A stretch of DNA of 64,000 nucleotides, from IMG/VR virus record IMGVR_UViG_3300017763_000003; one strand, given 5' to 3'. Shown here piece after piece: positions 1 to 9,391 of the stretch (its first letter is position 1; every line of letters begins with the position of its first letter). A program made the translations under genes and the position numbers. A model generated the notes under the pieces. That model saw only the letters and a program-made list of their open reading frames with translations. It had not been told where the DNA came from and did no database searches. The DNA comes from a virus.

Positions 1-162
1 GGCAACTCTGCTTATAAACAATTCATGGCAGGGACTGATGAAAAGCATCGTATGGAAACTGATATAGACAAATATCTCGAAGAAGAAGAGGAAAGAGAGA
101 AAAAATTGCGTGACCTTTTAGACGATGATGACGATGATTTATCAGTTGGACACAACAAATAA
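1..162 (+). CDS. 3' end of acidic hypothetical protein (partial)
   Basis: Open frame from window start to TAA at 160-162 (…DDDDDDLSVGHNK*). Confidence 0.6.
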   Translation, partial: GNSAYKQFMAGTDEKHRMETDIDKYLEEEEEREKKLRDLLDDDDDDLSVGHNK

Positions 163-293
163 TGGATTATCTTGCATTATATGAGTCCGAAAGGCAAAAA
201 GTACTAGAACTTGAAGGTAAAATTCGAGAACTAGAAAGTAAAATAGAACTAAATAATAGTAAATTCAACAATGAAGGAGAACGAAATGATTAA
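162..293 (+). CDS. small coiled-coil hypothetical protein (43 aa, not in ORF track)
   Basis: TAATG coupling; MDYLALYESERQKVLELEGKIRELESKIEL…. Confidence 0.5.
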   Translation: MDYLALYESERQKVLELEGKIRELESKIELNNSKFNNEGERND

Positions 294-528
294 TGAAGAT
301 GAGAAAGTGGCTGTAGAGAATGAAACTCCAGAAGCTACTCAGGAAACTGAAGCACCTGTAGAAACTCCAGCAGAAGAGCCAAAAGCTGAAACTCCAGCTG
401 AAGCACCTGCTGAAGAACCAAAAGCTGAGGAAACTCCTGCTGAAGAAAAACCAGCAGAGCAACCAAAAACTTATGGTGATAGACTACAAGCTGCAGCAGT
501 GAGAGAGCTAGACAATTTAATTAAGTAA
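286..528 (+). CDS. acidic Glu/Pro/Ala repeat protein (probable late/prohead protein)
   Basis: SD AAGGAG at 274-279 before ATG 286; ETPAEEPKA repeats; CTAAATA at 249-255. Confidence 0.7.
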   Translation: MINEDEKVAVENETPEATQETEAPVETPAEEPKAETPAEAPAEEPKAEETPAEEKPAEQPKTYGDRLQAAAVRELDNLIK

Positions 529-539
529 AGGGTACTAAT

Positions 540-2168
540 ATGTCAGAAGTTTTAGGATATCAAGAGTTTATGGAAGCATTGGATTCAGTGAATTCAAAAG
601 CTGTAAAGAAAAAATTTAAAGATAGAAAAGACAAGGATATCGACAACGATGGCGATGTCGATGCTTCTGACAAATATCTTCACAAAAGACGCAAAGCTGT
701 TTCTAAGGCTGTCAAAAACGAAGACATGATGAAACCTATGACCTCTGCTGAAAGAGCAAAGGAAATGCAAAAGAAAGCTAACAAAGTGAAAAGGGATGCG
801 GAAGCAAAACTTAAGAAAGCAAAAGGCATAACCATGGGAGAAAAACTTGACAATAAAGATAAGAAAGTTGTCAAAGATGTAGTAAAAGCATTAAAAGGTG
901 CAACTAAAGCACATTCAGGTCAAGCTAAAGAATTAGAAAAAGCTATGAAAACTGAAGGCAAGTATGCAAAATATTCAGACCTACTTCTAAAGAAGCAACG
1001 CATGAGAAAAATGGGTCAAAACACTATGGTGGTTGATAAAGAAATAGAAGCTGAAAAGAAAAAAATTCAAGCAGGTGGTATGAAAAAAGAATCGCTTGAT
1101 GAAACAATCAGAAACTATGGTGACTTGAGAAAAATGCTGGACCAAAAAGCTAGAATGAAAGCTATGGGACAGAATATTGATTCTATTAGTGACAAAATTA
1201 AAAAAGCCAGAATAGAATATGGCAAAATGCTCAACAAAGAATCACTTGATGAAGAAATGCCAGCAGCATTTAAAGCCATGCTTATCCAAAGAGATAAAAT
1301 GAGAAAAGCAGGAAAGAATATTGATGCCATTAGTGACAAAATTAAAAAAGCAAGGCATGAATATATGAGAATGGCTCCCAATGCATTCAAGAAAGAAGAA
1401 GCAATAGACGAGAAAGGTCCTGGTCTGTATCATAATATAAATATGAAAAGAAAACGAGGAGAAAAAATGCGTAAAAAAGGTGAGAAGGGTGCACCTACAG
1501 AAAAAGATTTCGCTAGTGCTGCAAAAACTGCTAACGAAGAAAGAGAAAACTGTCATTCAAAAGACCATGACTGTGCTACTGTCGTAGAACATATTGTATG
1601 GGGATTCGGAAAGCCAGTTTATGAAAGTCACGCAGTACCAACTGACGATGGCTATGTTTCTTGGTATGATGTAGAATTCGAACATGGTGTTGAAAAAGAA
1701 GTACCAACTGAGGATTTAAAAATTTATACTACAGAAGACCATTCTAAGTATATGAAACCGAAATCTAAAAAATCAGTAAACGCACAAAAGAAAAAAGATA
1801 AAGACGAAATGATTGATGAAGGAGAATTCTCCGATGCAGAAATCGCTAAAGCTGTCGACATCGCTAAGAAGATGGCTGGACATAACTACACTGGTGCTAC
1901 AAATGCAATTAATAAAATGAAAAAAGGATTAGCATCTAATGGAAAAGTTAAGTATGCTTTGAAAAAAGCAGCAGAAAGTTTTGAGACCTTTAATGGTCTA
2001 ACTATATCAGAAGTTGAAGAGATCGTTTCAGATCTTACCGACTCTGCCCATGACTACATTAAGTTGGTGGAAGATGGAGACTTAGAGTCCGTCAACGAGC
2101 CAAAAGTTGAGCCAGTCAAAGGGATGCCCTTATCATATAAACAATTTCAATCTAAAATAGGAGACTAA
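540..2168 (+). CDS. Lys-rich modular virion internal/head protein
   Basis: DKDIDNDGDVDASDKYL motif, three ~50-aa repeats, many L/I-x-E motifs typical of T4-like prohead-protease substrates. Confidence 0.6.
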   Translation: MSEVLGYQEFMEALDSVNSKAVKKKFKDRKDKDIDNDGDVDASDKYLHKRRKAVSKAVKNEDMMKPMTSAERAKEMQKKANKVKRDAEAKLKKAKGITMGEKLDNKDKKVVKDVVKALKGATKAHSGQAKELEKAMKTEGKYAKYSDLLLKKQRMRKMGQNTMVVDKEIEAEKKKIQAGGMKKESLDETIRNYGDLRKMLDQKARMKAMGQNIDSISDKIKKARIEYGKMLNKESLDEEMPAAFKAMLIQRDKMRKAGKNIDAISDKIKKARHEYMRMAPNAFKKEEAIDEKGPGLYHNINMKRKRGEKMRKKGEKGAPTEKDFASAAKTANEERENCHSKDHDCATVVEHIVWGFGKPVYESHAVPTDDGYVSWYDVEFEHGVEKEVPTEDLKIYTTEDHSKYMKPKSKKSVNAQKKKDKDEMIDEGEFSDAEIAKAVDIAKKMAGHNYTGATNAINKMKKGLASNGKVKYALKKAAESFETFNGLTISEVEEIVSDLTDSAHDYIKLVEDGDLESVNEPKVEPVKGMPLSYKQFQSKIGD

Positions 2169-2169
2169 T

Positions 2170-3285
2170 ATGGCAATGTGGGGAGACTCTGATTCGCATG
2201 TGAATCGACCAAACTGGCTAGAAGTTGGGCAAATTAAAAAATTAAATGTGACTACTTTAGGAAGTGGATATGGTTCCGCTCCTTCAGTCGCAATTGCTGC
2301 CCCAGCATCTGGCACTCAAGCAACTGGAACTGGAGTATTATCTGGTTCTACTCTTGCTTCAATTACAATTACAGATCCAGGAGACGGATATGTAGCAGGT
2401 GATGCTGCTGGTGTGACAATTGCTGCACCAACATCTAATACTGTTGCTACTTCTGCTGTCACTACTGCATCTGATACAATCACAACTGGAACGCATAACT
2501 TAAATACAGGTGATGCTGTTATATATGCTAATGGTGGTGGTACTGATATCACTGGATTAACTGGTGGTACAACTTACTTCGTAATTAAAGTTGACGCAAC
2601 TAATATTAAAGTTGCTACTAACAAAACTAATGCCGAAGCTGGAACTGCAATCGCAATTTCTGGTACAGGTAATAACGCACAAACTTTCGCTGGTGTACAA
2701 GCTGTCGCAAGTGTCGTAAAAGCAGGAAACAAATATGCTGCTGCGGACATTATGTTCGTTGATACTGACGAAGCACAACTTGCTCAAAACAAAGCAAGAG
2801 GTATTACTGGTGCTGGTTGGTGGACAATTAAATCTGGCAAACAAGACTCAGATGGTAATACAAGATACCAAGCTGAATGTATAGTTGCTATGGCTCGTAC
2901 TGCTGCTCAAGCAGGTGACGATGCTGCTGATGATGCTTCTGTATCTGATGCTGCTAACTCATTCGCTATAACAGTACAACCTGCTGCAATGACTACATCA
3001 AGTGGAAATGCAACAATTACTCTAACTACTGGATCAGTCGTAGGTACGATTGGTGCACTCAACTACAAATGGCAAAGACAAACTGCGTCAGGAACTCGTT
3101 GGGTTGACATCGCTGCTGGTACTGATGGTGGAATCTACGCAGACTTCGCTACTGCTACATTAGCAGTATCTGGTGTGACTGATACTACTCACAATGGTAA
3201 GAAGTACAGAGTAAAAGTGAACAGTGCTAATGGTGCACCAGAGCAAGTCTCTAATGGTGTAGCTACACTTACTTTCGGATCTTAA
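2170..3285 (+). CDS. virion structural/decoration protein with C-terminal Ig-like domain
   Basis: MAMWG N-terminus, Ala/Thr/Gly-rich beta repeats, C-terminal YKWQ…YRVKV Ig-like signature. Confidence 0.65.
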   Translation: MAMWGDSDSHVNRPNWLEVGQIKKLNVTTLGSGYGSAPSVAIAAPASGTQATGTGVLSGSTLASITITDPGDGYVAGDAAGVTIAAPTSNTVATSAVTTASDTITTGTHNLNTGDAVIYANGGGTDITGLTGGTTYFVIKVDATNIKVATNKTNAEAGTAIAISGTGNNAQTFAGVQAVASVVKAGNKYAAADIMFVDTDEAQLAQNKARGITGAGWWTIKSGKQDSDGNTRYQAECIVAMARTAAQAGDDAADDASVSDAANSFAITVQPAAMTTSSGNATITLTTGSVVGTIGALNYKWQRQTASGTRWVDIAAGTDGGIYADFATATLAVSGVTDTTHNGKKYRVKVNSANGAPEQVSNGVATLTFGS

Positions 3286-3313
3286 TAACCGAATAACATA
3301 AACCTAGAACTGT

Positions 3314-3337
3314 GGGAGGGTTGTAAAAAACCCTCCC
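3314..3337 (+). terminator. GC-rich hairpin (terminator-like, weak U tract)
   Basis: GGGAGGGTT-gtaaaa-AACCCTCCC. Confidence 0.5.
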
Positions 3338-3368
3338 TATTCTGCAAATATAAAATAGGAGTAAAATT

Positions 3369-3965
3369 ATGGCAGACCAAAAAATTTCAGAACTAGTCGC
3401 AGCAACCTCTGCTGCAGGTGCCGATCTCTTGAATATCGTTCAAGGTGGCTCTAATAAAAAACTAACAGTCGCAAATCTATTCGCAAACTTAGACACCCCA
3501 GTTATTATTAACGAATCTGGTGGTGACCAAGACACTCGTGTCGAAGGATTAAACGACAACAATCTATTATATGTAGATGCTTCAACTGACCGAGTTGGTG
3601 TAGGAGTAGCAACTCCAACACAGAAACTTGATGTAAATGGGGATGTAGCAATCAGTGGTGGTAGTTTATACCTATCGCAAACTGCTCAGTCTTCAACAGG
3701 AACATCTACTGCCGACTTAACTAAAGCTGTGACCGAACTTACTTTGTCATCTGGTTCAGATGCTGCGTCACTTGCTAATGGTACAGTTGGGCAAGTTAAA
3801 ATTTTTGTAGTAGTTGGTGGTTCAGGATCTTGTGTCCTTACACCTACAACATTAAATGGTGGTACTACTATAACATTCAATGCAGTTGGTGACGCAGTCA
3901 CTTTACTGTATGTTGCTACTGTAGGGTGGAGTGTTATTGGCTCTAACTCTGTAGTTGTAAACTAA
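3369..3965 (+). CDS. virion structural/fibre-like protein
   Basis: MADQKISEL N-terminus, RVGVGVATPTQKLDVNG fibre motif. Confidence 0.65.
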   Translation: MADQKISELVAATSAAGADLLNIVQGGSNKKLTVANLFANLDTPVIINESGGDQDTRVEGLNDNNLLYVDASTDRVGVGVATPTQKLDVNGDVAISGGSLYLSQTAQSSTGTSTADLTKAVTELTLSSGSDAASLANGTVGQVKIFVVVGGSGSCVLTPTTLNGGTTITFNAVGDAVTLLYVATVGWSVIGSNSVVVN

Positions 3966-3988
3966 TATATTATTTTTAGGAGATAATT

Positions 3989-4201
3989 ATGGCAGATTAT
4001 GATGTTAATGCGAAACTTGATGGATACAGAGATTCTCTAAAGAAAAAAGAAGAGATCCTTATTCAACTTAATCAAGGTGTGGTTAATACTCAAGCTGAGA
4101 TGAACATGTTGACTGGTGCGATTCAAGCATTAGAAGATATTGTAAAATTTCAAACTGAAGAACCAAAGAAGAGCAATGATAAAAAAACTGACAGAAAATA
4201 A
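3989..4201 (+). CDS. hypothetical coiled-coil protein
   Basis: ORF with SD AGGAG. Confidence 0.65.
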   Translation: MADYDVNAKLDGYRDSLKKKEEILIQLNQGVVNTQAEMNMLTGAIQALEDIVKFQTEEPKKSNDKKTDRK

Positions 4202-4553
4202 CTTTCTTCAGTTTGCTCTAAATAATTACGATAACCCTTCTTGTGCGACACTTGAAGAGTTTGAAAATGATTTAAAGAAGTTTTTATATCTTAACAAATT
4301 ATTTCAAAGATATAAAAAGAACAAAGATCTAAGAGAAAGATTAATTTTAAATCATATAATCGTAATTTATAATTTATGGGGAGAAGCTGCAACTGATATG
4401 CTATTCTTCAAAGTGGATGAAGAAAGCTGGAATGCACTTATTGTATTCCTAACATATCTAGGCAGACTTCCCGAATATATTCCAGGAACATCCACTCGTT
4501 CCACAAGTTTAAATCACGATGAAAGCATCGTAGATATACTAAGAGAGATATGA
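4176..4553 (+). CDS. conserved T4-like marine phage hypothetical protein
   Basis: NYDNPSC…EFENDLK…LRERLILNHIIVIYN motif. Confidence 0.7.
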   Translation: MIKKLTENNFLQFALNNYDNPSCATLEEFENDLKKFLYLNKLFQRYKKNKDLRERLILNHIIVIYNLWGEAATDMLFFKVDEESWNALIVFLTYLGRLPEYIPGTSTRSTSLNHDESIVDILREI

Positions 4554-5425
4554 GTAAAACAGTAGATAATATAATTGCTTATAGAATAATTTCTATGTTA
4601 GTAAAACCTTTTAAAGACACTGATGCTTTTAAAGAAGGTATTATTGACGAGAGAGGTAAGATCCTTAAGAAAGCTAACAAGCTGACTACTACTAAGGAAA
4701 AGAACGCATATACCTTTTTACATAGATTAATATTCAAACTAAAGCAGTTCGTAGAAAAAGCTCCTGGTGGTAAAACCAGACTGGGCTCACTTGCTGCAGC
4801 ATATTATCTAATTCGTGAAGCATATGAAGGACAAGAGTCAGTACATATATTGCGTGAAAAATATGAAGACTTAATATCAAAAGATATTTCTCTATTAGAA
4901 GAAGAATTATTAGTCGAAGAAGTTATTGAACATCTATATTGGAATATGTTTAATATCGAAGCAAAGTCGCCTGCACAACAAGCAGCAATCGCAATCTCTA
5001 TGAAAAAAGCTGGTAAAAAACCAAAAGACCAGACTGATGAAGAAGTTGCTGCAAACTCAGTGTCAGGTGGGGGAGTAGATTTATCCCCAACAGTTAGAAT
5101 GAAAAAGGGTAGAAAGTTTGCTACATTTCAAGTATCAGGCGATGTCCTTAAAAAGTTTAAATCAGGGAAAAAGAAATATTCTAAATGGAAAGAGTATCTG
5201 AATATGTCAGATGATACACAATCTGCCATATATAATTATGCTCGTAAAAATCCGAAAGGTGTCATAGTCTTACAAACAAAAGAGGGTGATACTAAAGCAA
5301 TAAGATTTAATAGAAATGGTGGAGGAAGTTGGAGACATATCAAAAGACCTGTAGCAAGGTCAGTTGGTAAAAGCACTATGCTTAACCAACCAAACGATAT
5401 CGTAGTATCAACTACAGCATTATAA
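4550..5425 (+). CDS. conserved T4-like virion/head-associated protein
   Basis: AFKEGIIDERGKILK…YTFLHRLIFKLK motif; internal AQQAAIAISMKKAGKKPK module. Confidence 0.6.
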   Translation: MSKTVDNIIAYRIISMLVKPFKDTDAFKEGIIDERGKILKKANKLTTTKEKNAYTFLHRLIFKLKQFVEKAPGGKTRLGSLAAAYYLIREAYEGQESVHILREKYEDLISKDISLLEEELLVEEVIEHLYWNMFNIEAKSPAQQAAIAISMKKAGKKPKDQTDEEVAANSVSGGGVDLSPTVRMKKGRKFATFQVSGDVLKKFKSGKKKYSKWKEYLNMSDDTQSAIYNYARKNPKGVIVLQTKEGDTKAIRFNRNGGGSWRHIKRPVARSVGKSTMLNQPNDIVVSTTAL

Positions 5426-6042
5426 TGTTTTCATTAATTACTATACTTGGGTGGATACCCACTTCAATTTATTTTGGTATTACAGCTGTTGGCTTAATAG
5501 GACTTGTAATAGTTTCTATTTTACCACTTATACCTAAAAGTTGGGGATTAGTTTTTGGATTATTATTTGGCGTCGGATCGTTTCTATTGGGTGCTGTTTG
5601 GACTAGTGGTCCGATTATCGAAGAGCTAAATAACATGAAAGAAGAAATGAAACTTATTGAAGCTGAAGCTGAAAAAGTTTCTAACGAGTTAGCTCAAGAA
5701 TATGAAGCAGACAGCAATAGAATAACAAGTAATGGAAATAAAATAAGTGAGAAGGTCAATGAACTACTTAATGAAAACGATGATGCTCAGTGTAGTATTC
5801 CTGACGATGTTAGGTTGCTCCACGACAGTGCCATTAAAAATGAAGTTCCCGACACCACCAGAAGTACTGATGGAGGAGGGGAAGAAAATGGAGACGATAG
5901 AGGAGAGGAAAAACTCCGACTCTCAGAATTAACAACGATAACTGTAGATAACTACACCTCTTGTAATGAAGTAAGAAGGCAACTTCAACAATTACAAAGA
6001 TGGGTAGGAGAAATGCAAAGGGTACACAACTATGGCGAGTGA
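5425..6042 (+). CDS. Rz-like inner-membrane spanin
   Basis: N-terminal TM helices, coiled coil, C..P..VRLLHDSA and LS…VDNY..C….LQ.WV segments typical of Rz with embedded Rz1. Confidence 0.65.
   Translation: MFSLITILGWIPTSIYFGITAVGLIGLVIVSILPLIPKSWGLVFGLLFGVGSFLLGAVWTSGPIIEELNNMKEEMKLIEAEAEKVSNELAQEYEADSNRITSNGNKISEKVNELLNENDDAQCSIPDDVRLLHDSAIKNEVPDTTRSTDGGGEENGDDRGEEKLRLSELTTITVDNYTSCNEVRRQLQQLQRWVGEMQRVHNYGE
5771..5932 (+). CDS. Rz1-like outer-membrane lipoprotein spanin embedded in +1 frame
   Basis: MKTMMLSVVFLTMLG-C lipobox then Pro-rich STTVPLKMKFPTPPEVLM, wholly inside Rz. Confidence 0.65.
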   Translation: MKTMMLSVVFLTMLGCSTTVPLKMKFPTPPEVLMEEGKKMETIEERKNSDSQN

Positions 6043-6448
6043 AGTCGAAATAGCAAAGAATCAAGTCGAAATATCTAACCTGAAGAATGATATTCAGAAG
6101 ATCGATGTATCTATTGAGAAGATAGGTGAAGCCACTTCTCAAATATCTAAGCTACTAGCTGTACATGACAGTAGATTAGATTCGGGAGAAGAAACCGATG
6201 AAGAAATTAAGAGAGATATTAAGGTACTGCATCAGCGAATTACCGAAGGTGCGAAAGAAGTCGTCACTGCTATCCATCAGTCAGAAAAGGCAATTAATGA
6301 TACTGCTAGTCGACAGCATGCCAAAATGTCTGAAGAAATAACGAATTTAGATAACAAAGTTGTAAAACTGGAGCAATATAAGTGGTATGTCATGGGCATA
6401 ATTGCTAGTATTGCAGGTGGTATGGGACTACTTGGTTATCTTATGTAA
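6032..6448 (+). CDS. coiled-coil protein with C-terminal TM helix
   Basis: Heptad pattern, hydrophobic C-terminus. Confidence 0.65.
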   Translation: MASEVEIAKNQVEISNLKNDIQKIDVSIEKIGEATSQISKLLAVHDSRLDSGEETDEEIKRDIKVLHQRITEGAKEVVTAIHQSEKAINDTASRQHAKMSEEITNLDNKVVKLEQYKWYVMGIIASIAGGMGLLGYLM

Positions 6449-6453
6449 GAAAC

Positions 6454-6482
6454 TTTACTTTTAAGTTTTTTTCAACTAATAT
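6454..6482 (+). promoter_or_regulatory. sigma70-type phage promoter
   Basis: TTTACT-17-TAATAT, 7 nt before primase ATG. Confidence 0.6.
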
Positions 6483-6489
6483 TATATCT

Positions 6490-7503
6490 ATGATTTATGT
6501 GGACGCAAAATATGCGAGTATGCTTGCACCTCGTGTAAGAAACTTTAAACAACAGAAGGATTATCTATGGAACTTTTCCTGTCCTCTCTGTGGAGACTCA
6601 CAAAAAAATCAATCAAAAGCTAGAGGATATATCTATAGAAAAGAGTCCTCGTTATTTTACAAGTGCCATAACTGTCAAGCTGGCAGTAGTCTAGGCAACT
6701 TGCTCAAGCAGGTTGACCAAAGAATCTATAATGAGTACTCCCTTGAAAAATTTGGTAGTACTAATAATAAACATATTACAGATAAACCTGATTTAGAAAT
6801 ATTCAAAACAGATACGAACTTGGCTTATACCTCGCTAAAACATGCCAACTTAGTATCTACTTTGGATAACTCGCACCCAATCAAGAAGTTCTTGTTAAGA
6901 CGACACATAAATCACGATCTTCATCAACACTTCTTTTGGGTGCCCAGATTTAAAGAATGGGTGAATAATAATATAGTCATGAAGTTTCATCAGATAGAAA
7001 GTGATGAGCCAAGATTAGTTATACCATTTTACAATGAAGAAAAAGAATTAATAGCGATACAAGGCAGATCTTTCGGAAATGAAACACCTAAGTATTATAC
7101 AATCAAAACAAATGAAAAAAATCATAAAGTATATGGTCTCGACCGAGTAGATAAAGATAGACATGTTTATGTTGTCGAAGGTCCAATCGATAGTTTGTTT
7201 CTAGATAATTGTATTGCTACAGCTGGTGCTGACTTTAATATACCACAAGTCAGTCAGTTTAAAGATAACTGTACTATCGTATTTGATAATGAACCAAGAA
7301 ACTCTGCCATAGTAAAGCAGATTGAGAAAATGATTAATCATGGGTTTCGTGTTTGTTTATGGAATGATAGTGTGAAAGAAAAAGATATTAATGAAATGAT
7401 TATGGCAGGTAAAACACCTCTAACAATACATGCTCTTATAGAACATAATAGTGTAGAGGGTGTTGATGCTGTGGCTAAATTTAACTTATGGAGAAAATGC
7501 TAA
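6490..7503 (+). CDS. gp61: DNA primase
   Basis: CPLCGDS…CHNC zinc finger, VVEGPIDSLF and FDNEPRN TOPRIM motifs. Confidence 0.95.
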   Translation: MIYVDAKYASMLAPRVRNFKQQKDYLWNFSCPLCGDSQKNQSKARGYIYRKESSLFYKCHNCQAGSSLGNLLKQVDQRIYNEYSLEKFGSTNNKHITDKPDLEIFKTDTNLAYTSLKHANLVSTLDNSHPIKKFLLRRHINHDLHQHFFWVPRFKEWVNNNIVMKFHQIESDEPRLVIPFYNEEKELIAIQGRSFGNETPKYYTIKTNEKNHKVYGLDRVDKDRHVYVVEGPIDSLFLDNCIATAGADFNIPQVSQFKDNCTIVFDNEPRNSAIVKQIEKMINHGFRVCLWNDSVKEKDINEMIMAGKTPLTIHALIEHNSVEGVDAVAKFNLWRKC

Positions 7504-8003
7504 TGAGCGAAGTTCCTTTTGATAGAGCAGACTTATTAAAAGATTATATTCATGATGTAGAAATTACTGAAGACTTGGTAAGAAACTTTTGTAAAATTAT
7601 TCAAGATGATAATCCTTTACACTTTGGTGATGAAGAGGGTAATGTTATGCCAGGAGCATTAATGATATCCTTATTGTATTCTAATCCTGTTCCTGGATTT
7701 TTTATTAGAAATTTTAAAATTAATTTCCTAGCACCAATACACTTTCCTACAACAGTAAAATGTTATCGAAAAGTATGGAAAGCTACAGATAGAAAAGCAG
7801 GTGAACTTGGTGAAGGTATATTCGCTATAAAAGACATGAGCGATGGCATCATAAAAGCTAAAGGCAGTGGTCAAGTATTTAGACCAACCAAAAGATTAAT
7901 GGAGACATTTGAACAAGGTGTCGATAGAAACTTTTTTAAATCAAGCGACCCAAACTTTGAAAGAAGACATTGGGTCAATCCCGAAGGGAAGGAGATAAAA
8001 TGA
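7488..8003 (+). CDS. MaoC-like hot-dog fold (R)-specific dehydratase
   Basis: F…QDDNPLH hydratase motif, PGALMISL, FLAPIHF. Confidence 0.65.
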   Translation: MEKMLMSEVPFDRADLLKDYIHDVEITEDLVRNFCKIIQDDNPLHFGDEEGNVMPGALMISLLYSNPVPGFFIRNFKINFLAPIHFPTTVKCYRKVWKATDRKAGELGEGIFAIKDMSDGIIKAKGSGQVFRPTKRLMETFEQGVDRNFFKSSDPNFERRHWVNPEGKEIK

Positions 8004-8482
8004 CAGACGATAAAGATAATATACAAGATGCTGAAATAGTTGATATCAACGAATATGCTGCGAAAAAATTTGATGCGGATAGGTTGGAGGAAGTTAGAAA
8101 GCAACATGAGTATGAGCAAAACTTTATTCTTACACCACTTTGGGAAGCACTAACAAGTATTAAAACTGGGAAGCAAGCAATAAGTGCATCAATGGGTATG
8201 TTAATTGCTGCGAAAGATATACTTGTGCTCGAGATGGGTAAAGAGCAAGCAAAGGTTATTATTGGAACCTTAGATTTTGATACCATCGATTTAGTTTCTA
8301 TTGAGAAAAGACCAATGGGAAGTAATGAGGAAGTAAATTATGATATACGAAGTGAAAATGATGAACCTCTTCAGATACCAGATTCGCCAGCTAATGACAA
8401 TATAGTTGACATAAATGAGAATACCAATTTAGAATTTACTAAAACTGAACGAGGAGATGATGATGAAGAAAGCACTGATTGA
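8000..8482 (+). CDS. hypothetical protein
   Basis: SD AAGGAG before ATG 8000. Confidence 0.65.
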   Translation: MTDDKDNIQDAEIVDINEYAAKKFDADRLEEVRKQHEYEQNFILTPLWEALTSIKTGKQAISASMGMLIAAKDILVLEMGKEQAKVIIGTLDFDTIDLVSIEKRPMGSNEEVNYDIRSENDEPLQIPDSPANDNIVDINENTNLEFTKTERGDDDEESTD

Positions 8483-8825
8483 AGAAAAGTGGGAAGATGA
8501 GGATTATATAGAAGAATCCAAACCCAAAAGGGTTGTCACTAATTTTGTTAATGGTGAGTGGATTGATAGGATTTATGGTGGTGGCTATGTTGCTGCACAA
8601 CGCAGATTACTACAAGGTGAGTTCGGTGAAGAATATAAAGATAAAATAGAAGAAAAAAAGTTTAGACGATATCGTACTGACCATATGAAAACCACTGGAG
8701 TTTATTATCAGAAGTATTTTCATACCTCTGATGGCAGGTGGTTTGATAATAGTGGGATGCCCTGTGAGAGACCCCACCATGAGCCCAAACAGGCTGATAT
8801 AGACGATAACGAGGATGATGAATAG
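8457..8825 (+). CDS. hypothetical protein
   Basis: ORF in operon. Confidence 0.6.
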   Translation: MMMKKALIEEKWEDEDYIEESKPKRVVTNFVNGEWIDRIYGGGYVAAQRRLLQGEFGEEYKDKIEEKKFRRYRTDHMKTTGVYYQKYFHTSDGRWFDNSGMPCERPHHEPKQADIDDNEDDE

Positions 8826-8836
8826 GGTAAGTATAT

Positions 8837-9391
8837 ATGGTTGAAGAACGACTCAGAAAGATCGATGGAAAGTCTCTGTGGTATTTTGATAATATCTTTA
8901 CTTTCGAAGAACGAGAAAGACTATATAGTTATTGCTTAAACAAAAAGTATTCGCTAAGTGGCTCTGATGTACAAAGATTGGAGACTAAAGGCGACTATAA
9001 CTTATATTGTAATCTCTCTCTCGTTGATGTGGAAAATATGGGGATAGAGGATATAAGCAATTACTCCCACATCAAACACCACTTAGATGACTATACAATA
9101 ACACAAGCTAGGATTAACCTTAGTACAATCCAGGATAAAAATCGTTTTCATTGCGATACTGGTGCTGAGCATAATTTAACCATGCTATATTATCCCAACA
9201 TGGAATGGGAAAAGTCTTGGGGTGGACAAACACTGTTTACTAACTCAACCAACGATACCCTAGACTGGGCATCGTTCTATATTCCAGGGAGGATAATTTT
9301 ATTCGATGGCACAATACCCCACACAATCAACCCACCAACAATCCACAGCCCAACGCACAGATTTTCAATCGTCATTCAGTATGGAAAATAA
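8837..9391 (+). CDS. 2OG-Fe(II) oxygenase (prolyl-4-hydroxylase-like)
   Basis: HCD…W..SWGGQT.F…PGRIILFDGTIPH…RFSI. Confidence 0.85.
   Translation: MVEERLRKIDGKSLWYFDNIFTFEERERLYSYCLNKKYSLSGSDVQRLETKGDYNLYCNLSLVDVENMGIEDISNYSHIKHHLDDYTITQARINLSTIQDKNRFHCDTGAEHNLTMLYYPNMEWEKSWGGQTLFTNSTNDTLDWASFYIPGRIILFDGTIPHTINPPTIHSPTHRFSIVIQYGK

Noticed and set aside
320-465. CRISPR-like or DNA-level functional repeat
   Set aside because: Degenerate in-frame ETPAEEPKA protein repeats
5900-5932. Frameshift joining the lipoprotein ORF to the Rz C-terminus at GGAAAAAC
   Set aside because: Not a canonical slippery heptamer in phase; embedded Rz/Rz1 explains both frames
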